Assembly (NCBI RefSeq): GCF_004210375.1
Contig: NC_134837.1
Span: forward strand, 252,553,964 to 252,617,963
From: Tachypleus tridentatus
Taxonomy: Eukaryota
Reading direction: 5' to 3'
DNA: 64,000 nt
Shown: positions 1 to 9,960 of the stretch, piece after piece
Position numbering within the stretch: the first letter of the stretch is position 1
Layout of the letters: the number at the start of each line of letters is the position of its first letter
Position numbers and translations under genes: made by a program
The notes under the pieces: generated by a model
Told to the model about the DNA's origin: nothing
The model's input: the letters and a program-made list of their open reading frames with translations, nothing else
Database searches by the model: none

Positions 1-140
1 TAGGTTTCGAGTAGCCCAAAAGTTGGCGGTGGGTGGTGATGACTAGCTGCCTTCTCTCTAGTCTTACACAGCTTAATCAGGAAGGGCTAGCACAGATACC
101 CCTTATGTAGCTTTGCGAAAAATTAATAACAAACAAAAAG
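1..140 (+). mobile_element. tRNA-derived SINE, 3' portion. Its 5' part lies left of the window.
   Basis: Matches the body and tail (gtagcccaaaagttggcggtgggtggtgatgactagctgcc...aaacaaaaag) of the full-length copies at 8336 and 12448. Confidence 0.7.
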
Positions 141-801
141 TTTTATTCAGTTTAGTTTAGCATGTCTTAAAAATTTATAATCCTCTAAAGTTTTTGTTTA
201 TTGTATATTACATATTGAGAATAGATTTAACATCATATTCTTTCACCCCACTGAAAACAGTTAAAAGGAGAGATTTCTTCATTACTTTACTTTATTATTT
301 CCAAGGTTGCATGTAATGTCATATACCTGTGTATTAATCGTACATTATTTTCTCATACCTTGACGACAAAATATCACAAGTGAATTGAAAAACCTACAGC
401 AGGGTTAACAAAATTTGAAATTTCAGATTAAAAAAGAAGATAATACAATACTATTTTTAATTTCTTTAATATAATGAAGTTTAGATAATTTTAAAATCTT
501 ATTTAAACAATAAAAAACACCCAAAAGGTTAAAATTTCTTTACTGGGAGTCGGTCCGCGTTAGAGACAAAGGAAGGTGTTGTCCAATGCTGCCAGAAACA
601 TTTTATTTCAATGTTTTTTTTTAAATTTTCCTTCGCATTTTAAGCTTGACCCGACATCTACTATCGTTATTTAAACTAACCATGTGTTCATATGTATGTT
701 TAGGAATCACAATATTTAATATCTTGTTTAACAAAAACGTAAAAGAAGGTAATAGCCAATGTGCACTACACAATAAGGCTGAAACTTAAAACAAAAAGAT
801 A

Positions 802-2100
802 TACACTGCTGGCCAAAATCTTAAGGCCAATAAACATAAAGAAAAAATATGCGCTTTGCGTTGTCAGACTCAACCACTTATTTGAGCTTCGAAAGATGAA
901 AATAAAAAAATGGAAAATAAAAATAAAATACCTTTTTGGCATTTAATAGGGAAAATGTGAACAATATGAAATTAGCCTTAATCGATAAACACGTAACGAA
1001 ATTCAGTCATTTGTGTTCAAGCATTAGCGTTGTCAACATCTCCTGTGTTACAATTGGTAAAAACATGGCAAAGGCTAAAAAGTTGACAGAGTTTGAACGT
1101 GGCAGAATTGTCGAGCTGCAAAAGCAAGGTCTTTTTCAACGTGCCATCGCTGGTGAGATTGGACGTAGTAAACCTGCTGTTGCAAATTTTTTAAAAGACT
1201 CTGAGGGATATGGAACGAGAATTTCAAGTGGTCGGCCCAAGAAAATTTCGCCGGCGTTGAACAGGAGGATTCGAAGGGTTGTCCAGCAAGATACCATCCT
1301 ATCATCGAACTAGATTAAGGCCCTTATGAACTTAGAATGCAGATCAAGAACAATAAGACGGCATCTACAAGAGAAAGGCTTTAAAAACCGTAAGCGTCTT
1401 CAAAGGCCACGCCTCCTTCCACACCATGAAACAGCTCGGTTAAACTTTGCTGAGAAGCACTAAACATGGGATGTAGGAAAGTGGAAGAAGATTTTGTTCT
1501 CTGATGAGAAAAAAATTAAGCTGGATGGTTCACATGTCTTCCAACGCTACTGGCATGATAAGGATATCCCACCTGAGACATTTTCTACTCGACACAGTGA
1601 AGGAGGTTTCATCATCATCTGGGGTGATTTATCCTTCCATGGAACAATGGAGCTTTAGGTTATACAGGGACGTCAAACAGCAGCTGGCTACACTGGTATG
1701 TTGGAGAGAGCATCCTTATTTACTGAAGGCCCTCGTTTGTGTGGAAATGACTGGATCTTTCAGCAGGACAATGCTGCAATCCATATGCCTGCAGGACAAA
1801 GGACTTTTTAATGGAGAATAACGCGATTCTTTTGGACCATCCAGCGTGTTCGCCCAAACCGAACCCTATTGACAATATTTGGAAGTGGATGGCAAGGGAA
1901 GTCTAGAGAAATCGATGTCAATTCCAAACAGTGCATGATCTTCGTTAAGCCATCTTCACCACTTGGAATAACATTCCAGCCAGTCCTTTACAAACGCTTA
2001 TATCGACCATGCCAAAATGTATGCCAAATTTCCTCAGCTTTATAAATATAAGACAAAACAAAGAAAAAAAGATTTAATCTTTCGAGATTAGGTATTCAAA
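802..2100 (+). mobile_element. Tc1-family DNA transposon remnant. The left TIR is present and the right end is lost or decayed.
   Basis: The left end tacactgctggccaaaatcttaagg resembles the C. elegans Tc1 TIR (CAGTGCTGGCCAAAAAGATATCC). The internal transposase ORF has HTH and DDE motifs. No matching inverted right TIR was found. Confidence 0.6.
1066..2040 (+). pseudogene. Tc1-like transposase pseudogene with at least 4 frame breaks or stops
   Basis: Frame A MAKAKKLTEFERGRIVELQKQG... is the paired-like HTH. The DDE region is split across frames: [43 protein letters not shown]. The C-terminus is ...STMPKCMPNF. Confidence 0.8.
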
Positions 2101-2149
2101 TTAGCCTTAAGCAGGATTACTTGTTTATTCATTCATGATAAAATAGTAA

Positions 2150-2388
2150 AGGTTTGGTTTGTTTTGAATTTCGCGCATAGCTACTCGAGGATTATCCTTC
2201 CCTAATTTAGCAGAATAAAAGTAGAGGGAAGGCAGTTAATCACTACCACCCACCGCCAGCTCTTGGGCTACTCTTTTTACCAACGAATAGTGGGATTGAC
2301 CGTGATATTCTAACGTCCCTATGGCTGAAAGGGCAAGCGTGTTTGTGTGACGGAGATTCGAACCTGCGACCATCGGATTATGAAAGAA
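2150..2388 (-). mobile_element. tRNA-derived SINE copy, head-truncated
   Basis: Reverse complement of the SINE body (gaaggcagttaatcactaccacccaccgccagctcttgggctac) plus the T-arm relic ggagattcgaacctgcgacc. Confidence 0.75.
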
Positions 2389-2541
2389 ATGGTATGTACT
2401 GTAGTAGTTTCTTCTTTCAGTTGGTTAACTTACACTAATTTACTTTGTACTTTATGTTTCAATGATTTTATCAAAAGTAAATTTAAATTATTCCATGTTT
2501 TAAGGTCGATTACTCGAATAAATACAAGAGATTTGTTGGCG

Positions 2542-3423
2542 ATGGAATCCAGGTTGACCAAAGAAGAAGCCCTGTATTTTGCATCTAAAGTTCTTGAGAT
2601 ACCAGAGGCTAAGAGAAAATTGGCAACAGATCGCAGTGCTTTCCTAGATCATCTTATAGAGACGATCCACCAAGTAATTCCTTATCATAATATATCTTTC
2701 CTTTCACTGGAACCGGAACATCGTTACATACCAACATGGGCTGGAATTAAAGAAGCCATGATGGCTAAACAAGGAGGATCGTGTTACATTCTCAATGTCT
2801 TTGTGAAATATTTGCTTCAAGCTTTGGGGTTTGACGTGTATCATACTGCATCTGCGTTTGGATTTCCAAACAATCATATTGCCACAATTGTTCGAAACTT
2901 GTCGGCACGTGGCACTAAACATCTGGTGGATTTCAACGCCTTCCCAACGTTCAAGGCAATCCCATTAGATTTCGAAGAAGAATCACCAGTTTATAGCATG
3001 TCATATCTCAAATTTAAGTTTGTTCGTCAAGGAAATTTAATAATACGAGTTCATAAAACTTTAGACGTTCTTGTACCCGAGAATCGGCGTGATAAAGACG
3101 GTTGGTCTGATTATTTTATTTTTGATCTTGAACCTCGAGATCTTTCTTACTTTGAAGAACACATGACTAAAGCATACCTCGTTGCAGAAGTGAACCCTCC
3201 AGTCTTAGAAAATTTATATTTTATTAGCTTTCCTGGACTCAAACTCTGCGGTATCAAAAATAAGTTTGAGCTCTCAGAAGGAGCCGATCAGAAAATTCAA
3301 TACCAGCAGCTTTCATCAAAGTTCGAAGTGGTTCAGTCAATTATTAACAAATGTCCACAAATTCCCGAAGATCAAATCATCTTAGCGATTGACAGAATAA
3401 ATTTGTTCACTGTTTACAAGTAA
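2542..3423 (+). CDS. Arylamine N-acetyltransferase (NAT, pfam00797-like) homolog. 293 aa, intronless.
   Basis: ATG at 2542 (MESRLTKEEALYF...) to TAA at 3421-3423. It aligns with vertebrate NAT1/2: HQVIPYHNISF matches HQIRAVPFENLN, QGGSCYILNVF matches RGGWCLQVN (catalytic Cys), NNHIATIV matches TGMVHLLLQV (His), VDFNAFP matches VDAGFG (Asp), FIFDLEPRDLSYFE matches FTLEPRTIEDFE. The upstream part of the six-frame ORF 2347-2541 reads through a SINE and is not coding. Confidence 0.85.
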   Translation: MESRLTKEEALYFASKVLEIPEAKRKLATDRSAFLDHLIETIHQVIPYHNISFLSLEPEHRYIPTWAGIKEAMMAKQGGSCYILNVFVKYLLQALGFDVYHTASAFGFPNNHIATIVRNLSARGTKHLVDFNAFPTFKAIPLDFEEESPVYSMSYLKFKFVRQGNLIIRVHKTLDVLVPENRRDKDGWSDYFIFDLEPRDLSYFEEHMTKAYLVAEVNPPVLENLYFISFPGLKLCGIKNKFELSEGADQKIQYQQLSSKFEVVQSIINKCPQIPEDQIILAIDRINLFTVYK

Positions 3424-4367
3424 AGACGAAACGTGTTGCTTCATCCTTTTATTACTTCCTGAAGAAAATAAAAGATTCAACTTTCTTATTGTATTAAATG
3501 TTTAAATCATGTGTCGAAATGAAGTTGCGTATTTGTAGCCTTAGGCAAAGTTTTATTTTTTTCTTATCAATAAAAGAAATGTTTTAACCGTTTTATTATA
3601 TAAATTGTTTAGCATTACATTTAAAGGTAACTGTATTTACCATTCCTTAAAGTTGTAAACTATATGAACGATATACTGTAATTTTTTTTATTTCCAATAA
3701 ACTCGAATATTTTTCCCCAAAATAGTTTCTTTTCGCATTTACTTCGATCCTGTGAACATCACTTTACTCTTTTGTGAAGACTGGGTGGTACAAAACACTT
3801 ATATAAATTGATTTATTTTTGGGCAAATTATCTCTTCGACGTTTTGTTAACATAATAATTACAGCGCTGGACGGTGAATCGAAGGCTCGAGACCAGTACT
3901 ATTTTACCTGCTTTATCATCCTTGGATAAGTTATGAAAGTAAATGTTTATTCTGGTGTTTGGTTCCAAAGGCCTAAAAAATCCACTGTACTAGCTGATTC
4001 TACTGGGTTTTTGGTTAATAAATCAAATTAAGAACAGCTACTAGTACGTGAACTCTAAAGGACTTTTTTAACCTGCCCGTTTAACCCACATGCTCAAAAG
4101 ATGGGAGTTCAGGTTGAGAATTCCAATTCCTTTCTTTGATAAAACGTTTTCATTGGACTGTTTGTTTCTTACAAAACTGTCAAGGTAATGAAAGAATGCT
4201 TTTTATGTATTTATCTTTACCATAAAAAGAAATGATTTAGCTAACCCAGAAATCACTACAATCAACCATCCGCGATGCTCGTTCCAGTCAGCACTGGTCC
4301 CTTCCCAAAAATAATATAAACTAATTGGTGATCATACAAGCTCGAACTTATAATTTCTTGCAAAGTT

Positions 4368-4615
4368 ACTATTGGATGTTTGTTTTTAAATTTGCAGTAG
4401 TCGTCCCTAATTTAGCAGTGTAAGACTGGAGGGAAGGCAGCTAGTCATCACCCCCCTCCCCAACGCCAACTCTTGGGCTACTCTTTTGCCGCCAACGAAT
4501 AGTGGAATTGACCATGACTTTATAACGCCCCAACGGCGAAAGGGGCGAGCATGCTTGGAGGGATGGGGTTCGAACCTACAACCCTCATATTACGAGTAGA
4601 GAGCCCTGCAAAGTT
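4368..4615 (-). mobile_element. tRNA-derived SINE copy
   Basis: The reverse complement contains ggttcgaaccccatccc (T-arm), the anticodon-loop relic ctactcgtaatatgag and the body gtagcccaagagttggcg...gtgatgactagctgccttccc. Confidence 0.75.
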
Positions 4616-6865
4616 ATTTTATTGGTGGGAGACTTTTGGAGCACACTGACTGCTAATTAGCAGCATATATAAAACCCAATTCAGAATCATTTTGACTAAA
4701 ACAATCAAATAAACAACAAGCTAACGTTTAACTCCATTTTGTTTCCAACTAACGTCTGGCTATCTGTGCTGTATCCATTACAGATATCTTACACAGATTA
4801 TAGGGTTAAAAGCTCTCAAGCTGATAGGTTAACTATCAGATAAAAGTTTGTTTGACAAATAATAATTTTTGGTAACGTTTTTACGAAAATTTCTGTTACA
4901 CACATGTGTGTTTTATCTGTTTTCGCGAAATGCCTCAAAACTGGTAATATTCTATTTTAACTGTTTCAAATACAGGATGGGGCCATTTGATTTCGAGCTC
5001 AAAGGGCACCTTAAATTTAAACACTCGTTAAAGATTTTAGCATTAGTCAAGTTTCTCGACTTATTTTTGGCACCCTTGGCAAACCAAAAAATATTGGATG
5101 TAACTTCGTAAACATACACATATGATCACTGAACCATGGCAACTAACTGTACCTCTCCTATGTATGTCGTATAATTTTATATCTTTTGGACAACAGATAC
5201 CATCCAGTTTTGAATTCTGACCACAATTTGTCATTTTTTATAGAAGAGTTAACACAAAAGATCACAAAATCACTATATTGAGAAATGGGAAGACAACTTG
5301 TGACAAGAATACAAGGACACTACAAGATTAATGAAAATGGAGAGATTAGCCATTGTTGAACATACTACGTAAACTGGACACAATAAAGACTCCGCCAAAA
5401 ATAGAATAATCTACTCAGACAACGTTTGGAAAACAAGAAAAATAAAGGGCTCTTGTTGTATCAACAAAATAAAATGTTAGTTAAACAAAAACTTTAGCGA
5501 GCCTAGAAATGAGAAACTTATGGCTACCATTGGTTGAATTCACATTCAGTTGCTCCACCAATCAAAATCAAGAACGAACAACCAATTAAAGCGCATCAAC
5601 CTGAATAATATGTAAGGCCTACAGTACTTTGCATATGGGTCACTTGGTATGTCAAATGTACAGGATTTGTATAGTTGATGTTTATGAAGATATTATGAGC
5701 ATATTGTAAGTTCTGTTTTTGTATAAAGTTTATCACTATGCAACTGACTTTATGAAAAATTGTAATCTGTAAATGTGATGAAACAAACGCTGGGGCTGGC
5801 GTTATGTCTTCTCTAGAACTGGGAGCACTGACCTACTGATACAGGTCTCTGCCGTCTGATTCTGCTGATTGTAATTAGTTCATCGGTTGTCAGATTAAAA
5901 TGTCTAAAACATCTCATTTCAAACCAACATCATGAAGACAACTGCTCCTCTGGTTTTCTTTGAGGCTTTTACTTGCATCTGTAGAACGAAAATCCAACTG
6001 TCCAGAGAAACCACTATTAACTGGTCAAAATTATCAAAAGCCTAGGATATGGAAGGAAGTTAAGGGCACCCAGGTTGCTGACAGTGTTGAGATCACAATA
6101 CTAATTTAGGGGTTACATGCACAGTACTGGGGCTCTACCCCAGAGCAGATGTAAGGCCCATAGATACCATGCATACTTACAAATAATCTGGAAGCTTAAT
6201 GTTCATACCCCATAATTAAAACTTTGTATATTATCTTAAGTTTTATTCACTCTGGTACACTTTATGAATTCACCTACAAATAACTTTTAATTCTGCTATT
6301 ACGGTGAAGAGGAACAGAAGTTTCTGAGTGCCCCTGGTTGTCTAATAGTCCCTTTATTAGATTTTACACTCATAGTAACTGTCAAGTCGATATAATATGC
6401 ATAAACCAGTACATTAATTTTGTTCCTTCACACAGTGTAAATGCCCAACCAAGTCATAGGGTAACCTTGGTTAAACTTACTGAATAATTTTTGGATTAAA
6501 AAATGAAATTCACATAACTTTATTTAATTCTATTATTTAATGTGTCATGAAATTTCCATAATTTTACTCAGAGATTTTTCAACTAAGAAGCCGAGTCCAA
6601 AAAGCAATCTACAAGTGATTAAAATGTGGTTCAAAACAAAAACAAAATGTACATCGTCATCAACTGAAATTATTGGAGATTTTATACAGTATTATCTGTT
6701 CTAATGTAAAATACAGATAATTTACAAAAAAAATATTTTTATACCATGATATTTAATCTAGTATCACATAAATAATTTATCACAAGATTACTGAAATCAA
6801 ATTAATTTATATGTATATCTGAAGTGATGCAGTGCCTAACAAATGAGGGTTTTTTTCTCCTGTTA

Positions 6866-7018
6866 TTATTCCAAGCTGGTTTTCCACAGAAGCAGATGAA
6901 CGTGACCACTGGCTGTGCCACAGACAATACGAATGTTGTCCACTGTTCTTAACATTTTACGGCCAAAAGTATGTACAGAAACTGCACTGATAGGTACTGG
7001 CATGTGAAACTGTCCCAG
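6866..7018 (-). CDS. Duplicate copy of the terminal coding exon of the NACHT-WD40 gene, ending in a TAA stop
   Basis: Acceptor cttttacag, then LGQFHMPVPISAVSVHTFGRKMLRTVDNIRIVCGTASGHVHLLLWKTSLE*. Identical in organisation to 19454-19606. Confidence 0.6.
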   Translation of the reverse strand: MGQFHMPVPISAVSVHTFGRKMLRTVDNIRIVCGTASGHVHLLLWKTSLE

Positions 7019-7180
7019 CTGTAAAAGAAATTAGGTGAGAACATCAAGTGGATTTCTAGTCTATTCTTCATTCCAAAGTTTTCCTTGTGAAAGCAAAATT
7101 CTCATCAACAAGACAAAACTGTACAATTAGAGCAAATCATTTGTAGTATTCAGTGATGTCGAGAAAACCCACTTGTAGAG

Positions 7181-7355
7181 AAATATATATGTAAAAACGG
7201 CTCGTTTGGGTTGAGAACATTTTTTACGAAGAGGAGTGAACAACGTTTCAACCTTCTTCGGTCATCTTCTTCGTGAACCTGATGTTGACCGAAACATTGT
7301 TCACTCCTCTACGTAAAAAATGTTCTCAACCCAAACGAGCCGTTTTTACATATAT
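7181..7355. repeat. Near-perfect long inverted repeat (hairpin). Arms about 70 bp with AT-rich ends. MITE or foldback-like.
   Basis: aaatatatatgtaaaaacggctcgtttgggttgagaacattttttacgaagaggagtgaacaacgtttcaacc, then a loop of about 30 nt, then the reverse complement arm. Only 2-3 mismatches. Confidence 0.85.
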
Positions 7356-7556
7356 ATTTGTAGTATTGTTTTCAAAGAACAACATTTCCCATGAAAATGT
7401 AATGTGACTTTAAATTTACCATTTTCAATTTCTGTAGTGATAAATGACATGTTTAAACAATTGAATAATTTGTTCTTAGAGAATGAGAGTACGGCTATTC
7501 AAAGTGTGCCATTAAGACAAACATATTATAAGAGTACAAAATAAACTAGACAATAC

Positions 7557-7661
7557 CTGTTTCTGACTGAACAGATCCCACACCTTCGGTGTTCCATCAA
7601 GTGAAGATGTAAATAAAAACATTTCTGTACAGCAAATAGCTGTCAAAGACTTTGTGTGCAT
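7557..7661 (-). CDS. Duplicate copy of the penultimate WD40 exon of the NACHT-WD40 gene
   Basis: ttttacag|ATG..., reading MHTKSLTAICCTEMFLFTSSLDGTPKVWDLFSQKQ, then |gtattg. This is the tail of a WD40 repeat (SSLDGTPKVWDL). 105 nt, phase 0. Confidence 0.65.
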
Positions 7662-8335
7662 CTGTAAAAATACAATGCAGATAACAGACTATATACAGTC
7701 AAATCATAAATTATGTTACGGCTAATAAACAAGTATAGGTCAACTGGGTCTTGAAGACAAGATTGTACTGATGATTTACAGAAATTAAAACTTTTTTTCA
7801 AGTGATGTTAAACCAAAACATAGATTTCTCTCAAAAAAACTTTTTTACTACAATTTCTCTTGTTTGTCATGGAAACAAAGCATCAGAAGAGTTAGTTGTC
7901 TCCCAAAGACCAACCTGTACAAAAGTATAATTACTTCTCAAACAACATCCAACAAATCAGTTGCTACCATACATTCTTATATGTGTCTTTCAAAGCTATA
8001 CTAAACAGAATTTCTTTAGAATTTCCAAACTTCTTATTAATGTTCTTGATCGGCGTACGTAACTCTGTTATAAAGTCCTTGGTTATGTTGTAACCTGATC
8101 TACGGCCTCTTTTTTGTCTTATTTTCGGTTTAGATCTTATTTCACCGATCACTGGATTGTGATCAGAGCCTCAGTCTACTGATGGGTAAATTCTAGAATG
8201 TTCTTACTTTGTGTGTAATCTATCTGATTTGTTACAATTCCTTAACCATCCTGAGGTAACCTCCAAGTGTACAAAAACTGAGTGATCATTACATTATATC
8301 AAATGTTGCTGATCGTTAAGCCTATTTCCTCGCCA

Positions 8336-8612
8336 GGCCCGGCATGGCCAGATGGTCAGGGTGCTCGACTCGTAATTTCAGGGTTGAGAGTTCGAATCCC
8401 GGTCACACCACACATGTTCGCCTTTTCAGCCGTGGGGCGTTATACTGTAACAGTAAATCTCATTTTATGTTTATAAATGTGTATCTCAAGAGTTGGCGAT
8501 GGGTAGTGATGACTAGATGCCTTCCCTGTAGTCTGTAACTGCTAAATTAGGGACGGCTAGTGCAGATAGTTCTCGTGTAGCTTTGCGCGAAATTCAAAAA
8601 ACAAAATAATCT
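8336..8612 (+). mobile_element. tRNA-derived SINE, full length
   Basis: tRNA-like head ggcccggcatggccagatggtcagggtgctcgactcgtaatttcagggttgagagttcgaatcccggtcacacca, then the conserved body and an A-rich tail ...cgaaattcaaaaaac. Confidence 0.8.
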
Positions 8613-9539
8613 TCGTAAATCTATAATTATCTCATTCCCGTCTAAAGGGCTGTATGTTTGTCATTATACATTGCTGTCTTCAAAGGAAGTTTTACGTTAA
8701 AGATAGCTAATTATTCTCTTTTTCTTTTCGGCTTTCAGGAATACTTTGGGTACTTTATTATAAGGGTTAGTAATTCTACGAACACATGAGTGGGACAGAG
8801 GTAAAGGTGTTGATACTGGTACTAAGAGTTTTTTAAAAATCTACGTTTTACGTTTGGCTAGGTGTTTTCTTTCCTCTGCGTTCAGCCGTATTATATTATA
8901 ATGACAAGGTCGTGTATCATTTTATTAGTTTTGTGATTTTTGTTTATTTTGTAGTGTCTGATATTTGTTTCTATTATGACAAAGCGAATGCATCGAACCC
9001 GAAATCTTTTTCCAAAACACCTGATATTAAATTTCACATTTAACAAGTTATATAGTGGCGGAAGGCATACAGAGTGTGTTGTTAGAGAGAGAGCCAATTC
9101 CCAAAAAAAATAATATACATCAGCGACTGTGGCTTAGGAAAAAGAGTTATTGTATATGGGTTCCTCATTTGAGTAATATCATGTTATTTATCTATTGTCC
9201 CCTTCATTAAGTATATGATATACCACTTAATATATCAAATAGATTTACATTTATTTTACGTCAATATGCCCTTAATTATAAAACATGTATTACAAAGATT
9301 GAGTGTCATTATTAATTTAGAATTTTTATTTAGAGTTAGTCTGGACATACTAATCTGGCCCAAGCTTATGGATTTACGGACGAAACTGTTGTTAACAGCA
9401 AGGGTGCCCAACTAACAAAACAATCCACACTAGTTTTTATAAATAGCCACGTAAGAAAAGTGCATTTGATTAATTATTCTGATGACCAGATAGCCTACTG
9501 TGATTGGAAGAATTTTTTTTTTAATTTTAACTTTCAGGT

Positions 9540-9960
9540 TTTCTCCTGATTTCACTGCTGTATAGTTTCCTCAATATCTGAATAAAAGTTTTCGATTTTA
9601 TCTTCTTCATTATCAGATGATGGCGCATAAACTTGTGGGATAATTAAATCAGTGTTTTATCTAAATCTTGAATACGATTATACCATCTCGGACAAACCAA
9701 AAGCTTTTCACGAAGTTGCTTGATTTCTCTTTGAACCAGTATGAAGTAGGAGTCTACCATGCCTCTGTGCATTATATATTATTCAAAGATCTTTATTGAA
9801 GTGAAAGTTTCCGAAGATTTCTTGTAGTTGTTTTCTGTGCACTATTGGCATAAAAACAGTTTGTCTGGAAAAACGTCGATATTTCTTTGTTCTAGCGTGG
9901 CCGTTTCTCTCAGTCTTCCTTCACATCAGATATCGCCTTATTTAGCTTCTTAAAATGCTT
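9540..9960 (-). mobile_element. Possible non-LTR retrotransposon (LINE) endonuclease-domain fragment, decayed
   Basis: The minus-strand translation contains IIPQVYAPSSDNEEDKIENFYSDIEETI, which is like the conserved VYAPT...FY..L segment of APE domains. A nearby frame reads SYFILVQREIKQ. The order of motifs is not canonical. Confidence 0.3.

Larger units (their letters stand above)
1..8012. repeat. Segmental duplication copy 1 (about 8 kb). Its direct-repeat partner is 12587-20594 at offset about 12,585 bp. The left edge is cut by the window start.
   Basis: Bases 1-120 are identical to 12587-12706. The six-frame ORFs are identical between 2347-3423 and 14929-16005, 1504-1821 and 14088-14405, and 4869-5111 and 17454-17696. 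Colinearity is lost after ...cagaatttctt at 8012 versus 20594. Confidence 0.9.

Noticed and set aside
2347-2541. N-terminal extension of the NAT ORF (MTEIRTCDHRIMKEMVCTVV...)
   Set aside because: It reads through the reverse-complement tRNA head of a SINE (ggagattcgaacctgcgacc). The first ATG with NAT homology is at 2542.
2704-2922. Antisense ORFs inside the NAT gene (2704-2922 minus, 15286-15504 minus)
   Set aside because: They sit opposite a well-supported sense CDS and have no homology features.
4640-4665. Short perfect palindrome ctgctaattagcag
   Set aside because: It is only 14 bp with no flanking structure. It is likely a chance event or part of the SINE flank.
7964-8152. Minus-strand ORF ...IRSKPKIRQKRGRRSGYNITKDFITELRTPIKNINKKFG at the copy-1 duplication boundary
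   Set aside because: It is basic-rich but has no recognisable domain or splice context. It might be a relic of some element ORF, but I cannot support a call.
8336-8412. Possible tRNA genes at the SINE 5' heads (also 12448-12525)
   Set aside because: The T-arm and anticodon loop are tRNA-like, but the acceptor and D stems do not pair (5' GGGCCCG versus 3' ...TCGCACC). The heads are always followed by the same about 200-bp SINE body. These are SINE heads, not tRNA genes.
8282-8538. Two overlapping 64-aa plus-strand ORFs
   Set aside because: They lie entirely within the SINE at 8336-8612.
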